A stretch of 64,000 nucleotides of DNA from Deferribacterales bacterium (GCA_050253335.1 JBFWJG010000002.1:24269-88268); one strand, 5' to 3'; positions 52,528 to 62,784 are shown, counted from the first letter of the stretch. Notes: a model not told the origin generated them from the sequence alone. Numbers and translations are program-made.

Positions 52528-53418
52528 TTATTTTTCCGTTTTTGTAATCATCCAGTATATTACTCCCAGTACCGCTATTGATACCAGAACAAATCCGTAT
52601 GTCATCGGATTTGACGTGTCATGCTTGAGGGTTATGATAAGCAGGTCGCGGATGAAGGCGATGAGCGCCACACCGATGAAAATGCTTATCTTGAACTTGC
52701 CCCCTTTCAGCATCTGGATCTCCGTGTGGAGAAGCTCCACCAGAACCCAGATGATAAGCAGCGAGCCGAGGGCGGTTATGAGAACCTTGTCCGTGTTTTC
52801 CTCCAGCAGGTGAAGTATCTCAATCCCGAAAAGCACAGCCGCCGCCGCTGTCATGCTTATGAGGATAACCACAAGCAGGGTGTGCATGAGAAAAGAGAAC
52901 TTCTCCGAAACGGAAACCACAAAGTTCTTCATACTGAATATAGATGTATATTCTTTGATTTTGTTTTCACAGAAAGCGTAATTGACGGTATCAAAGTTGA
53001 TATCCATAAATTTATGAACGCTTAACAGAATATTTTTTCTGTACACGTCATCATCCAGACTCTGGAAAATGCGCTCATGCATCCAGAGGCGGATATAGCT
53101 CATCATTGCGTTTATCCATTCATAGTCTATTTCATATTTCTTCTGGAGGGTGCCGAATTTTTCTAGGTAGGCGAGGTAGGAGTTGTTCAGTCTGGCTTCA
53201 AAAAATCTGTCATACCATGTTAAGAGGAACTCCCTGTGCCTTTCCAGCACAGCAGGGTACACGCTGTCCGGCAGACGGAACTTTTTTGTGAAGTTCTCAA
53301 AGACATCCCTTGCGAAATCTTCCTTATGTTTTTCCATAATCTCTTTGAGGGAGGCGATATTGCGCAGATCATCTTCGGTTACGTCGTAGCTTTTCTGAAG
53401 ATTTTTATAGTATTTCAT
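52528..53418 (-). CDS. Protoglobin-like domain fused to PsiE-family membrane domain
   Basis: N-terminal sensor-globin pattern; C-terminal 4 TM with VELLHTE and ALIAFIR. Confidence 0.7.
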   Translation of the reverse strand: MKYYKNLQKSYDVTEDDLRNIASLKEIMEKHKEDFARDVFENFTKKFRLPDSVYPAVLERHREFLLTWYDRFFEARLNNSYLAYLEKFGTLQKKYEIDYEWINAMMSYIRLWMHERIFQSLDDDVYRKNILLSVHKFMDINFDTVNYAFCENKIKEYTSIFSMKNFVVSVSEKFSFLMHTLLVVILISMTAAAAVLFGIEILHLLEENTDKVLITALGSLLIIWVLVELLHTEIQMLKGGKFKISIFIGVALIAFIRDLLIITLKHDTSNPMTYGFVLVSIAVLGVIYWMITKTEK

Positions 53419-53598
53419 TTGCGGCTCCGCAGGGGAAAAACGGACTCAGGCAGCTTTTCCGTTAAAGGAAAATAGTTATTTATTTTTCGGTAATGTATGA
53501 TAAAATCCGTTAAAAATAAAGGGAAAACAGACTGTCCGCACCACTTATGACACTCTTATTACATGCTTGCCCGCATGTCTCAGGGAGGTTAACCCGAA

Positions 53599-54192
53599 AT
53601 GAACCGAAACCGCACCGCGGAAATCACCAGAAAAACAAATGAAACGGATATTTGCCTCAAGCTGAACATTGACGGTTCCGGCGAGAGCAAAATAACCACA
53701 GGCGTGGGCTTTCTCAACCACATGCTGGAGCTTTTCGCGCGTCACGGGGGCTTTGACCTCGAAGTGATCGCAAAGGGCGATACCAACGTGGACGACCATC
53801 ACACGGTGGAGGACATAGGAATATGCCTCGGCGATGCGTTTAAGAAAGCTCTCGGCGATAAAGTAGGGATAAGGCGCTACGGCTTTTTTCTGCTCCCCAT
53901 GGATGAAACCCTCATAGAATGCGCCATAGATTTCAGCGGAAGAACATATCTCAATTATGCCGCCGATATTCAGGCCGTGCGTGTGGGTAATTTTGAGACC
54001 GAGCTTGTGGAGGAGTTCTTCAAGGCCTTCGCTGACCGCGCCTCGGTAAACCTCCACATAGTAAAGAGGTTCGGACGCAACACCCACCACATAATCGAAG
54101 GAATTTTCAAGGCTGTTGCCAGATCGATAAAGGACGCCGCTGTTGTGGAATCGGACAGGATAATGTCCACCAAGGGTACTTTGAGTGAGTAA
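53599..54192 (+). CDS. hisB: Imidazoleglycerol-phosphate dehydratase
   Basis: R.TNETDI, DDHHTVED, PMDE, NTHHIIE. Confidence 0.98.
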   Translation: MNRNRTAEITRKTNETDICLKLNIDGSGESKITTGVGFLNHMLELFARHGGFDLEVIAKGDTNVDDHHTVEDIGICLGDAFKKALGDKVGIRRYGFFLLPMDETLIECAIDFSGRTYLNYAADIQAVRVGNFETELVEEFFKAFADRASVNLHIVKRFGRNTHHIIEGIFKAVARSIKDAAVVESDRIMSTKGTLSE

Positions 54193-54814
54193 GATTGCGG
54201 TCATAGACTATGAGGCGGGGAATCTCCGCAGTGTGCAGAAAGCGTTTGAAAGCCTCGGCTACGATGCCGTGGTCACCTCGGATGCGCAGGTTATAAAATC
54301 CGCCCACAAGGTGGTTCTGCCCGGTGTCGGCGCATTCGGCGACTGTGTCGGCGGGCTTGAAAAAGCCGGGCTGAGGGAGACTGTTCTCGGGGTTATAGCT
54401 TCCGGGAGGCCTTTTTTCGGCATATGTGTGGGAATGCAGATGCTCTTTGATAAAAGCTATGAGTTCGGCGAGCATGACGGCCTCGGTATTTTCAGGGGTT
54501 CCGTGAAGAAGTTTCCGGATGAAATAGTTAAACAGAGGATGAAGATTCCGCATATGGGCTGGAACAGCCTCAGCATAAAGCAGAAGGAGCATCCCGTGCT
54601 GAAAGGCATAAATGACGGCGATATGGTGTACTTCGTGCATTCGTACTATGTGCAGTCGGAGGATTCATCCGTAATCGCCGCCGAGTGCGAATACGGCGTC
54701 ACGTTCACCGCCGCCGCTGCGAGGGACAATATCTTCGCCACGCAGTTTCACCCCGAAAAATCACAGGCAACGGGGCTCAGACTGCTTAAAAATTTCGGAG
54801 AATGGAAATGCTGA
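54185..54814 (+). CDS. hisH: Imidazole glycerol phosphate synthase glutaminase subunit
   Basis: LPGVG, GICVGMQ, PHMGWN, QFHPEKS. Confidence 0.98.
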   Translation: MSKIAVIDYEAGNLRSVQKAFESLGYDAVVTSDAQVIKSAHKVVLPGVGAFGDCVGGLEKAGLRETVLGVIASGRPFFGICVGMQMLFDKSYEFGEHDGLGIFRGSVKKFPDEIVKQRMKIPHMGWNSLSIKQKEHPVLKGINDGDMVYFVHSYYVQSEDSSVIAAECEYGVTFTAAAARDNIFATQFHPEKSQATGLRLLKNFGEWKC

Positions 54815-55530
54815 TAATTCCTGCTATCGACCTTCTCGGCGGAAAGGCTGTCCGCCTCCGCCAGGGAGATATGGATGATTATAAAATATATTTTGACGAT
54901 CCCGCCGAAGCCGCGGTTCAGTTTCGCGAACTGGGGATAAAAAGGCTCCACATTGTGGATCTGGACGGAGCCAAAAAGGGCGAGATGACCAACTTCGATA
55001 CCATAAAGCGAATAATAAAAACTGCTGACATGGAAATAGAGGTCGGCGGCGGAATCCGCAATATGGACAGGATAAAAGCGTATTTTGACATAGGCGTGAA
55101 ATACGCAATTCTGGGAACAGTTGTGATAAAAGATCCGGAGTTTGTGAAAAAAGCCGCTGAAACTTATCCGGACAGGATTATACTTGGAGTAGACGCAAAG
55201 GACGGCTATGTTGCCACCGAAGGCTGGTACGAAACCAGCGGGACGAAGGCGGAGGATGTGCTGAACACCTACGCAGAATACAGCATCGAAAGCGTGATTT
55301 ACACCGACATAAGCCGTGACGGAATGCTTCAGGGGCTCAACATAGAAGCCACAGCGGCTCTTGCGGACAAAAGCCCCTGGCCTGTCATCGCCTCCGGCGG
55401 GCTGAAAGACATAAGCGATGTCAGGGCTCTCTGCGGGCTCAGGCATCCGAACATAAAAGGAACCATAGCCGGAAAAGCCTTTTATGAGGGCACGATAGAC
55501 TTAAAAGAAGCCGCCTCCATAGCGGGGTGA
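54808..55530 (+). CDS. hisA: ProFAR isomerase
   Basis: IPAIDL, HIVDLDGA, GGGIR, TDISRDG. Confidence 0.97.
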   Translation: MLIIPAIDLLGGKAVRLRQGDMDDYKIYFDDPAEAAVQFRELGIKRLHIVDLDGAKKGEMTNFDTIKRIIKTADMEIEVGGGIRNMDRIKAYFDIGVKYAILGTVVIKDPEFVKKAAETYPDRIILGVDAKDGYVATEGWYETSGTKAEDVLNTYAEYSIESVIYTDISRDGMLQGLNIEATAALADKSPWPVIASGGLKDISDVRALCGLRHPNIKGTIAGKAFYEGTIDLKEAASIAG

Positions 55531-55607
55531 TTTCAATAAATTGTTCAGGACGGCATGACGCGCGTCGCTGAAACTTTAACTAATGAGGCTCTGGGGTACT
55601 GACTAAC

Positions 55608-56069
55608 ATGATCCACAACATTCTTTACTTTATCGCTACCGGTTTCTATTCGGGCAGAAGTCCTTACGCACCGGGCACAGCAGGAACGCTGGCCGGTGTG
55701 GGTCTGGTTATTCTCACGGGGTGGTTCTCCCTGTTTTACCAGATAATGTTTTTCATCCTTCTGCTTGCGGCGGGTGTTCTGGCCGCCGAATACCATGAGA
55801 GAACCACAGGGGAGAAAGACGCTCCCGAAGTGGTAATAGACGAAATAGCCGCCTATTATTTTCTCATGCTGTTTTTCCAGAACTCGCTCAACAACCTTTT
55901 CTGGGCATTTGTTCTGTTCCGCATATTCGATATCGCAAAGCCTCACCCCATCGGAAAGCTTGAAGAAGTCGGCGGCGGGATCGGTGTTATGCTGGATGAC
56001 ATGGGGGCGGCGCTTTACGCTCTCGGTGCGCTCTTTGTGCTTAAAGGTCTGCTGTGGATAGTTCTGTAA
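55608..56069 (+). CDS. pgpA: Phosphatidylglycerophosphatase A
   Basis: APGTAGT, VVIDE, FRIFDIAKP, GVMLDD. Confidence 0.95.
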   Translation: MIHNILYFIATGFYSGRSPYAPGTAGTLAGVGLVILTGWFSLFYQIMFFILLLAAGVLAAEYHERTTGEKDAPEVVIDEIAAYYFLMLFFQNSLNNLFWAFVLFRIFDIAKPHPIGKLEEVGGGIGVMLDDMGAALYALGALFVLKGLLWIVL

Positions 56070-57277
56070 CGGCGGCAGTATTCGCCATCGGAAGCGAACT
56101 GCTCGAAGGGAGCATAACAGACACCAATTCGGCGTGGATAGGCTCCCGCCTTGTTAAGCACGGAATAAATGTGGAGGATGTCCGCCTTCTGCCCGACAAT
56201 ATGGACAGAATGGCGGAACTCTTTCTTGAAGCAGCGGAAAAGTATGATCTGATAATCACCACAGGCGGCCTCGGTCCCACATTTGACGACCTCACTGCTG
56301 AGGTGGTCAGCCGTGTTGCGGGAAAAAACTACATCCTGAACGAAGAGCAGCTTGAGCACATAAAAAAACGTCTCGCCAAGTTCGGCATAAGCCTCAAGGA
56401 AAACCACTTTCATCAGGCAAAGCTCCCTGAAGGGTGCAGAACCTTCTTTAACCGCATGGGGACAGCCTTCGGGTTCTCCGTTCAGTGCGGAAACGCAAGA
56501 ATAATCTCCATGCCGGGCATTCCCTATGAGATGAAGCCCATGTTCGATGAGCAGGTTCTGCCTTGGCTGCATGAGCTTTTCCCTCTCAGGGAGCGGCATA
56601 TCCGTGACCTGCGCATAGCGGGCAAGCCGGAGTCCGAGGTTGATGATGTTATCCGCGAACTGGGCATACCGGACGGCGTGGACTGCATAATCAATGTCGG
56701 CAAAGGGGATATACTGGTGAAGGTGCGCGGGTTTGACGAGGAAGCTGTGCAGAACTTCGCAGAAGCGGTGAGAAAACCGTTTGAGAAAAACTTCATCGGC
56801 TACGGAGACGAGACCTTCCCGGCGCGTCTGGTGCGTATGCTGAAGGAAAAGGGGCTCACCGCGGGTTTTGCCGAAAGCTGCACAGGGGGTATGCTTGGTG
56901 CGGAGATCACCTCTGTTTCCGGAAGCTCTGCTGTTTTCAAGGGCTCAGTGGTGTCGTATTCCAATGATGTTAAGATAAATCTTCTCGGTGTTCCGGCGGA
57001 TGTCATAGAGACGCACGGCGCTGTGAGCGCTGAATGCGCCCTTGCCATGGCTGAAGGGGCGAAAAAACTCCTCGGCACGGACTGCGCGGCGGCTGTGACA
57101 GGCATAGCAGGGCCTGACGGCGGAACGGATGAAAAGCCTGTGGGCACAGTTTTCATTGCTGTTAGCGTGAACGGAAAAACAGAGGTGAAGGGCTACGGCT
57201 TCACAGGCGACAGACCGGCAATCAGGGAGCGCAGTGTCAAGACCGCCTTTGCATGGCTGATAGATTTGCTGAAATAA
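56054..57277 (+). CDS. cinA: CinA family protein (MocF-like + PncC domain)
   Basis: IGSELL, TGGLGPT.DDLT, AESCTGG, HGAVS, TGIAGP; upstream of recA. Confidence 0.93.
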   Translation: MDSSVTAAVFAIGSELLEGSITDTNSAWIGSRLVKHGINVEDVRLLPDNMDRMAELFLEAAEKYDLIITTGGLGPTFDDLTAEVVSRVAGKNYILNEEQLEHIKKRLAKFGISLKENHFHQAKLPEGCRTFFNRMGTAFGFSVQCGNARIISMPGIPYEMKPMFDEQVLPWLHELFPLRERHIRDLRIAGKPESEVDDVIRELGIPDGVDCIINVGKGDILVKVRGFDEEAVQNFAEAVRKPFEKNFIGYGDETFPARLVRMLKEKGLTAGFAESCTGGMLGAEITSVSGSSAVFKGSVVSYSNDVKINLLGVPADVIETHGAVSAECALAMAEGAKKLLGTDCAAAVTGIAGPDGGTDEKPVGTVFIAVSVNGKTEVKGYGFTGDRPAIRERSVKTAFAWLIDLLK

Positions 57278-57287
57278 GACCGGGCAT

Positions 57288-57539
57288 AATCTGACAGGAC
57301 GTGCAGATTCAGATTGTGCGACGTAGATTAAGGTAATGAACTTGAAAAAAATATAGATCAAGGAGCCTGTAAAAGGGCATACAAACAACTCCACGGATGG
57401 AGTTGCGCCGTGCGCAGCGGAGCCATGCTTTGCAGGGCGCGAGCGTTAATCTGAATCTGACAGGACGTGCAGATTCAGATTGTGCGACGTAGATTAAGGT
57501 AATGAACTTGAAAAAATATAAATTAAGGAGCCTGTAAAA
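57288..57539 (+). repeat. ~87 bp direct repeat (57288-57374, 57454-57539) duplicating the recA 5' leader/RBS
   Basis: aatctgacaggacgtgcagattcagattgtgcgacgtagattaaggtaatgaacttgaaaaaa...aaggagcctgtaaaa occurs twice. Confidence 0.95.
57386..57481 (+). repeat. Three-hairpin element (family B), full copy
   Basis: caactcc-acggat-ggagttg; cgccgtgcgcagcggag; gccatgc-ttt-gcagggc; gcgagcgt; aatctgaatctg-acaggacgtg-cagattcagatt. Confidence 0.8.
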
Positions 57540-57540
57540 T

Positions 57541-58554
57541 ATGGATGCAGAGAAAAGGAAAGCCCTAGACCTTGCAATGGGTAAAATAGAGAAAGATTTC
57601 GGCAAAGGGGCGGTTATGCGCCTCGGCGACCGTGCGGTTGAAAAGCTTCCCGTTATTTCCACGGGCATTCTTTCCATAGATATAGCCCTCGGAGTCGGAG
57701 GAATACCCAGAGGCCGAATTGTTGAAATATACGGCAGTGAGTCATCGGGTAAAACAACAATCGCACTCCACACCGTAGCTGAAGCTCAGAAAGCGGGCGG
57801 AATAGCGGCATTCATAGATGCGGAGCACGCCCTTGACCCTGTTTATGCAAAGGCTATCGGCGTTGATACGGACAACCTCATAGTCAGCCAGCCGGACAGC
57901 GGCGAGGCAGCCCTTGAAATATGCGAAACCCTTGTACGTTCCGGCGCTGTTGACATAATAGTTGTGGACTCAGTCGCCGCGCTCACTCCCAGAGCGGAAA
58001 TAGAGGGCGAAATGGGCGATTCGCACATGGGTCTTCAGGCAAGGCTTATGAGCCAGGCGCTCAGAAAGCTTGCCGGAATAGTTAACAAATCAAAGACATC
58101 GCTCATTTTCATAAACCAGACTCGCTCCAAAATAGGCGTTGTTTACGGCAACCCCGAAACAACAACGGGCGGTAACGCACTGAAGTTCTACGCCTCTGTC
58201 CGTATGGAAATCAAGAAAAGTTCCGCACTCAAGGAGAAGGATGAGCAGGTCGGCAATCAGGGCACGGCTAAGATTGTTAAAAACAAAGTCGCTCCCCCAT
58301 TCAAAGTTGCAGAGTTTGATATACTTTACGGAGAGGGTGTTTCCAAAATCGGCGTGCTGATCGACCTCGGCGCCAAGCTTGATATAATCAACAAGGCGGG
58401 CGCATGGTTCAGCTATGGAGATACCAAACTGGGGCAGGGCAAAGAGAACGCAAGGGCGTTTCTGACCGCCAACCCTGAGGTGGCTAAGGAGATTGATTCC
58501 AAAGTCAGAACTCACTACGGAATCGCCGTTGCCGCTGAAAAAGAAGAAGGGTAG
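57541..58554 (+). CDS. recA: Recombinase RecA
   Basis: [40 protein letters not shown]. Confidence 0.99.
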   Translation: MDAEKRKALDLAMGKIEKDFGKGAVMRLGDRAVEKLPVISTGILSIDIALGVGGIPRGRIVEIYGSESSGKTTIALHTVAEAQKAGGIAAFIDAEHALDPVYAKAIGVDTDNLIVSQPDSGEAALEICETLVRSGAVDIIVVDSVAALTPRAEIEGEMGDSHMGLQARLMSQALRKLAGIVNKSKTSLIFINQTRSKIGVVYGNPETTTGGNALKFYASVRMEIKKSSALKEKDEQVGNQGTAKIVKNKVAPPFKVAEFDILYGEGVSKIGVLIDLGAKLDIINKAGAWFSYGDTKLGQGKENARAFLTANPEVAKEIDSKVRTHYGIAVAAEKEEG

Positions 58555-58587
58555 AATTTAGATAAGTTTTCTGCATAGGGATTTTTG

Positions 58588-58630
58588 AAAATCCTCCCCG
58601 CCCCTCCTTTGAAAAAGGAGGGTGTTTGGC
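58588..58630. repeat. Family C palindrome copy 2
   Basis: aaaatcctccccgcccctccttt-gaa-aaaggagggtgtttggc. Confidence 0.7.
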
Positions 58631-59018
58631 TGACGCGGTCATCCTGAACAGAGTGAAGGATCTCAGGGTTGAATACTGAGAGATTCTTCGCTTCCGCTCA
58701 GAATGACGCTTCAGGGTTTGCAGTGACGATAATACAACAGTTCCAATGTGGGAGTTGTCGATGACGCTGACGCGGTCATCCTGAACAGAGTGAAGGATCT
58801 CAGGGTTGGATACTGAGAGATTCTTCGCTTCCGCTCAGAATGACGCTTCAGGGTTTGCAGTGACGACAATACAACAGTTCCAATGTGGGAGTTGTCGATG
58901 ACGCTGACGCGGTCATCCTGAACAGAGTGAAGGATCTCAGGGTTGGTACTGAAAGATTCTTCGCTTCCGCTCAGAATGACGCTTCGGGGTTTGCAGTGAC
59001 GACAATACAACAGTTCCA
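58629..59018. repeat. Tandem array of three ~137 bp near-identical units, each with a GTCATCCTGA...TCAGAATGAC cruciform (family A)
   Basis: Units start 58629, 58766, 58903; third is truncated where it runs into family B. Confidence 0.95.
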
Positions 59019-59226
59019 TGGAAGGAACTGCGCCGTGCGTAGCGAAGCCGTGTTCACCACGGCGCGAGCGTGTACGAAAAAAACACAGGAGGCCGATTTT
59101 TCGTTATAGAATAGGTCTTCTGCATATACAGTTCCATGGAAGGAACTGTGCCGTGCGTAGCGAAGCCGTGTTCACCACGGCGCGAGCGTGTACGAAAAAA
59201 ACACAGGAGGTTGTTTTTTTCGTTAT
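59010..59226 (+). repeat. Two tandem family B three-hairpin elements (118 bp period)
   Basis: acagttccatggaaggaactg.gccgtgcgtagcgaagccgtgttcaccacggcgcgagcgtgtacgaaaaaaacacaggagg at 59010 and 59128. Confidence 0.95.
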
Positions 59227-59246
59227 CAAATTAGGAGGTTCATGCC

Positions 59247-60383
59247 GTGGACATTAATGCTATTCTCCAGAGAACAGTCGCAATGGGAGCATCAGACCTC
59301 CATCTCAAAGTTGGCAGACCGCCGACGGTAAGGCTGCACGGCTCGCTCGAATCCATTCAGGGTCTGCCTAAGCTTAACGCTGAGGACACCCTCAAAATTG
59401 CCACTGACGTAATGCCCCAGAGTGCCAAACAGCGCTTCAAAGAAGGCAAGGAGGCGGATTTCGCCTATGCAGTTCCCAAGGTGGGTCGGTTCAGGGTGAA
59501 CGCATTCCTCCAGCGCGGCGTAATCAGCATGGTTTTCAGGGCTATACCCATTGATATTCCCGACATTGAAAAGCTTAATCTCCCCGAAGTCATAAAAACA
59601 ATCGCAATGGAGAACAGAGGCCTTGTTCTCGTTACAGGCATAACCGGAAGCGGAAAATCAACCACTCTGGCGGCCATGATAGACTATATCAACACCCACA
59701 AATACGTGAACGTAATCACCGTTGAAGACCCCATAGAGTTCATGCATGTGGACAAAAACTCCATCATCGCCCAAAGGGAAGTCGGTGCGGATACCAACTC
59801 ATTCTCCGAGGCTCTCAAACGCGCCCTGAGGCAGGACCCTGATGTCATACTTGTGGGCGAGATGCGCGACCTTGAAACCATAGAGACCGCAATGCACGCC
59901 GCAGAGACCGGACACCTTGTCATGTCCACACTTCACACTCTGGACGCGCCCGAAACCATAAACAGGATAATCTCCGTTTTCCCGCCCCATCAGCAGGAAC
60001 AGATAAGGATTCAGCTTGCAGGCATAATAAAAGCCGTTATATCCCAGAGACTTGTCCCCACATCGGACGGGCACGGAAGGGTGGCTGCCATTGAGGTTAT
60101 GGTTTCCAATGCCACAATCAGGGAATGCATTGTGGATAAAATGAAAACCCGCCAGATAACAGATTTCATAGAGCAGGGGCGCTCGGTCTACGGATCACAG
60201 AGCTTTGACCAGTCCCTCATTGACCATGTCCGTTCAGGCCGCGTCACCTTTGAGGAGGCTATGAAATGGGCGAAAAAACCGGATGACTTCGCGCTCAAAA
60301 TGCGCGGCATATCGTCCTCCAGCGACAACGAGGAAAACGAGTGGAAACTCGGAGGAATGCTCAATAAAGAAGAAGAGGAATAG
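59247..60383 (+). CDS. pilT: PilT/PilU-family type IV pilus retraction ATPase
   Basis: ASDLHL, GRFRVN, GITGSGKSTT, EDPIE, LRQDPDVILVGEMRD, TGHLVMSTLH; GTG start after ggagg. Confidence 0.92.
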   Translation: MDINAILQRTVAMGASDLHLKVGRPPTVRLHGSLESIQGLPKLNAEDTLKIATDVMPQSAKQRFKEGKEADFAYAVPKVGRFRVNAFLQRGVISMVFRAIPIDIPDIEKLNLPEVIKTIAMENRGLVLVTGITGSGKSTTLAAMIDYINTHKYVNVITVEDPIEFMHVDKNSIIAQREVGADTNSFSEALKRALRQDPDVILVGEMRDLETIETAMHAAETGHLVMSTLHTLDAPETINRIISVFPPHQQEQIRIQLAGIIKAVISQRLVPTSDGHGRVAAIEVMVSNATIRECIVDKMKTRQITDFIEQGRSVYGSQSFDQSLIDHVRSGRVTFEEAMKWAKKPDDFALKMRGISSSSDNEENEWKLGGMLNKEEEE

Positions 60384-60840
60384 ATCACCCCTTGATTATG
60401 CTTTCAGAATTCTTTCCATGCGTGACTACTCGGAGTACAGCATGCGGGAGAAGCTTATTTCAAAGTTCAGCAGGGAAGAGGCTGAGCAAACCATAGAACG
60501 GCTGAAAGAGCTGGGCTATATCGATGACCTGCGCTACGCTGAAAATTTTGTCGTGTCAAAACTTCTCTCCGGCTTCGGAGTCTATGCCGTTATAAGAAAG
60601 CTCCGTGAAAAGGGTGTGGACGTTAACCGGGGTTATGTTCTCTCCGTTGCGGAGAAGCGGGAGATAGACACCGCAGGCCTGATGGAAAACGCGCTGAAAA
60701 AGTATCTTGCAAAAACAGGGGATGAGGATAGAATATCTGTCCGTTCTAAGTGCCTCGGATTTATGATGAGACGGGGCTTTGATATATACGAAGCGGAAAA
60801 GCGTCTTGAAGCCGTTCTCAATGAAAAAGAGTCCGGCTAG
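60283..60840 (+). CDS. recX: Regulatory protein RecX (start uncertain)
   Basis: ILSMRDYS..E, LGYIDD.RYA, RRGF; downstream of recA. Confidence 0.85.
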   Translation: MTSRSKCAAYRPPATTRKTSGNSEECSIKKKRNRSPLDYAFRILSMRDYSEYSMREKLISKFSREEAEQTIERLKELGYIDDLRYAENFVVSKLLSGFGVYAVIRKLREKGVDVNRGYVLSVAEKREIDTAGLMENALKKYLAKTGDEDRISVRSKCLGFMMRRGFDIYEAEKRLEAVLNEKESG

Positions 60841-60908
60841 GCGCATGGGATGCGTGCTTGCGGAGTGCTTAATTCCGCGAATTTGAACAGGTTATTGGAG
60901 GTTTACGG

Positions 60909-61352
60909 ATGAAAGTGATATTTCTTAAAGACGTCAAAGGCGTCGCAAAGAAAGGCGACATAAAGGAAGCAAAGGACGGCTACGCCAAAAACTTCCTCTT
61001 TAAACAGAATCTTGCTGTTGAGGCAACCGAGGCGAACCTGACCAAGCTTGCCCAGCAGAAGGCGAATGACGCCGCTAAGGAACAGAAAAGAAAGGACGAT
61101 GCCAAGGCTCTGGCTGAAAAGCTGAAAAAAGTCGGCATAAAAATGAGCAAAAAATGCGGTGAGACAGGCAAGCTCTACGGCGCGATCACTTCAAGCGATA
61201 TAGCCGAGGCTCTCAAGGCGGAAGGGCTTGAGGTTGACAAGCGTGATATAGACCTCCATGACCCCATAAAGGAAACAGGCGTACACACCGTTAAGGTAAA
61301 CATATACATGGACATCAAATCCGAGATCAGGGTCGAGGTTCATGGCGAATGA
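60909..61352 (+). CDS. rplI: 50S ribosomal protein L9
   Basis: [24 protein letters not shown]. Confidence 0.98.
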   Translation: MKVIFLKDVKGVAKKGDIKEAKDGYAKNFLFKQNLAVEATEANLTKLAQQKANDAAKEQKRKDDAKALAEKLKKVGIKMSKKCGETGKLYGAITSSDIAEALKAEGLEVDKRDIDLHDPIKETGVHTVKVNIYMDIKSEIRVEVHGE

Positions 61353-62685
61353 TATAAAGCGTGTCCCGCCGCACAGCCTGGATGCGGAGCAGGCGGTTCT
61401 CGCCTCGCTCCTCATAGATGACAAGGCGGCGGATAAGGTTCTGCACATGCTTACGGCGGGGGATTTCTATTCCCCGATCCATCAGTATATATATTCCGTT
61501 GTTTATAAGCTCCACGAGGGCGGAAAGCCTGTGGATATAATATCTCTGGCGAATTACGCAAACGACCGCAACGAAATTCCCAGAGCGGGCGGGGTGGAAT
61601 ACATCTCCTCTCTTGTGGAGATAATCCCCAACTCCGCCAATGTGGAATACTACGCTAATATAGTTAAGGACAAATCCACCCTGCGCCAGCTTATCGGGGT
61701 TGCGGTGGAGATGACAGAGGACTGCTACACCCGAACGGATGATGTCGCCGAGGTTGTGGAAGCCGCGGAGAAGAAGATTTTCTCCCTCGCCGAACAGAAG
61801 CTCAAGGCGGATGTTCTCCCCATCGGCGAGCATATGCACCGCACGTTTGAGGTGCTGGAAAAGCTGTATCACCGCAAGGAAGACACAACCGGAATCCCCA
61901 CAGGCTTCATCGATCTGGATCAGATGACCAACGGCTTTCAGCGCTCTGACCTTATAATCATCGCAGGCCGTCCGGGTATGGGTAAAACAGCCTTCACGCT
62001 TAACGTTGCCCTCAACAGTTCAAAATCCGTCAGGGAAGGGAAGGAGAAGTTCAACGTGGCCTTCTTCTCCCTTGAGATGTCGTCCCAGCAGCTTGTCCAG
62101 CGTCTTCTCTCAGGCGAGGCGGGTGTAAACTCAAACAAGCTCCGTTCCGGTAAGTTTTCATATGACGAATGGACAAGACTCACCGCCGCGGCGGGGGAGC
62201 TCAGTGATCTGGGGCTTTTTCTGGATGACACTCCGGCGATAACCGCCATGGAGCTCCGCGCCAAGTGCCGCAGGCTGAAAAGGGAAAACGGGCTTGACCT
62301 TGTTATTGTGGATTACCTTCAGCTTATGGGCTCCCACAAGACGGAAAGCAGAGAACAGCAGATCGCGGATATTTCCAGATCGCTCAAGGCGCTGGCAAAG
62401 GAGATGGACATTCCCATAATCGCCCTCTCCCAGCTTAACAGGGGTGTGGAAAGCAGGATAGACAAACGCCCGCTTATCTCCGACCTCCGTGAATCAGGCG
62501 CGATAGAGCAGGATGCGGATATTATTATCTTCCTCTACAGGGACGACTTCTATAACAAAGAGAAGAAGACCGGCATAACTGAAATAATCATCGCGAAACA
62601 CAGAAACGGTTCCACCGGAACAGTGAACCTTGAGTTCGTGGGCGAATACATGAAGTTCAGGGATGTTGTTCAGGGGTATGTATAA
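61342..62685 (+). CDS. dnaB: Replicative DNA helicase
   Basis: [48 protein letters not shown]; no intein. Confidence 0.99.
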   Translation: MANDIKRVPPHSLDAEQAVLASLLIDDKAADKVLHMLTAGDFYSPIHQYIYSVVYKLHEGGKPVDIISLANYANDRNEIPRAGGVEYISSLVEIIPNSANVEYYANIVKDKSTLRQLIGVAVEMTEDCYTRTDDVAEVVEAAEKKIFSLAEQKLKADVLPIGEHMHRTFEVLEKLYHRKEDTTGIPTGFIDLDQMTNGFQRSDLIIIAGRPGMGKTAFTLNVALNSSKSVREGKEKFNVAFFSLEMSSQQLVQRLLSGEAGVNSNKLRSGKFSYDEWTRLTAAAGELSDLGLFLDDTPAITAMELRAKCRRLKRENGLDLVIVDYLQLMGSHKTESREQQIADISRSLKALAKEMDIPIIALSQLNRGVESRIDKRPLISDLRESGAIEQDADIIIFLYRDDFYNKEKKTGITEIIIAKHRNGSTGTVNLEFVGEYMKFRDVVQGYV

Positions 62686-62768
62686 AAAATCATACATTTT
62701 TTCTGATCTGTTGTACATTGTGTACAGGATTTGATCAGGAACCCCGCTGAATCAAGGGATCCAGCCTT

Positions 62769-62784
62769 TGGCACAGTTATTGCT
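62769..62784 (+). promoter_or_regulatory. Sigma-54 (-24/-12) promoter for lpxC
   Basis: TGGCACAGTTATTGCT, GG-N10-GC, ~30 bp upstream of ATG. Confidence 0.75.

Noticed and set aside
58629..59226. CRISPR or guide-RNA array
   Set aside because: Units are 118-137 bp and nearly identical end to end, with no unique spacers and no cas-like gene nearby
58711..59257. Short ORFs (58711-59019, 58885-59109, 59018-59257) in the recA-pilT gap
   Set aside because: Translations of the palindromic repeats; no recognisable domain
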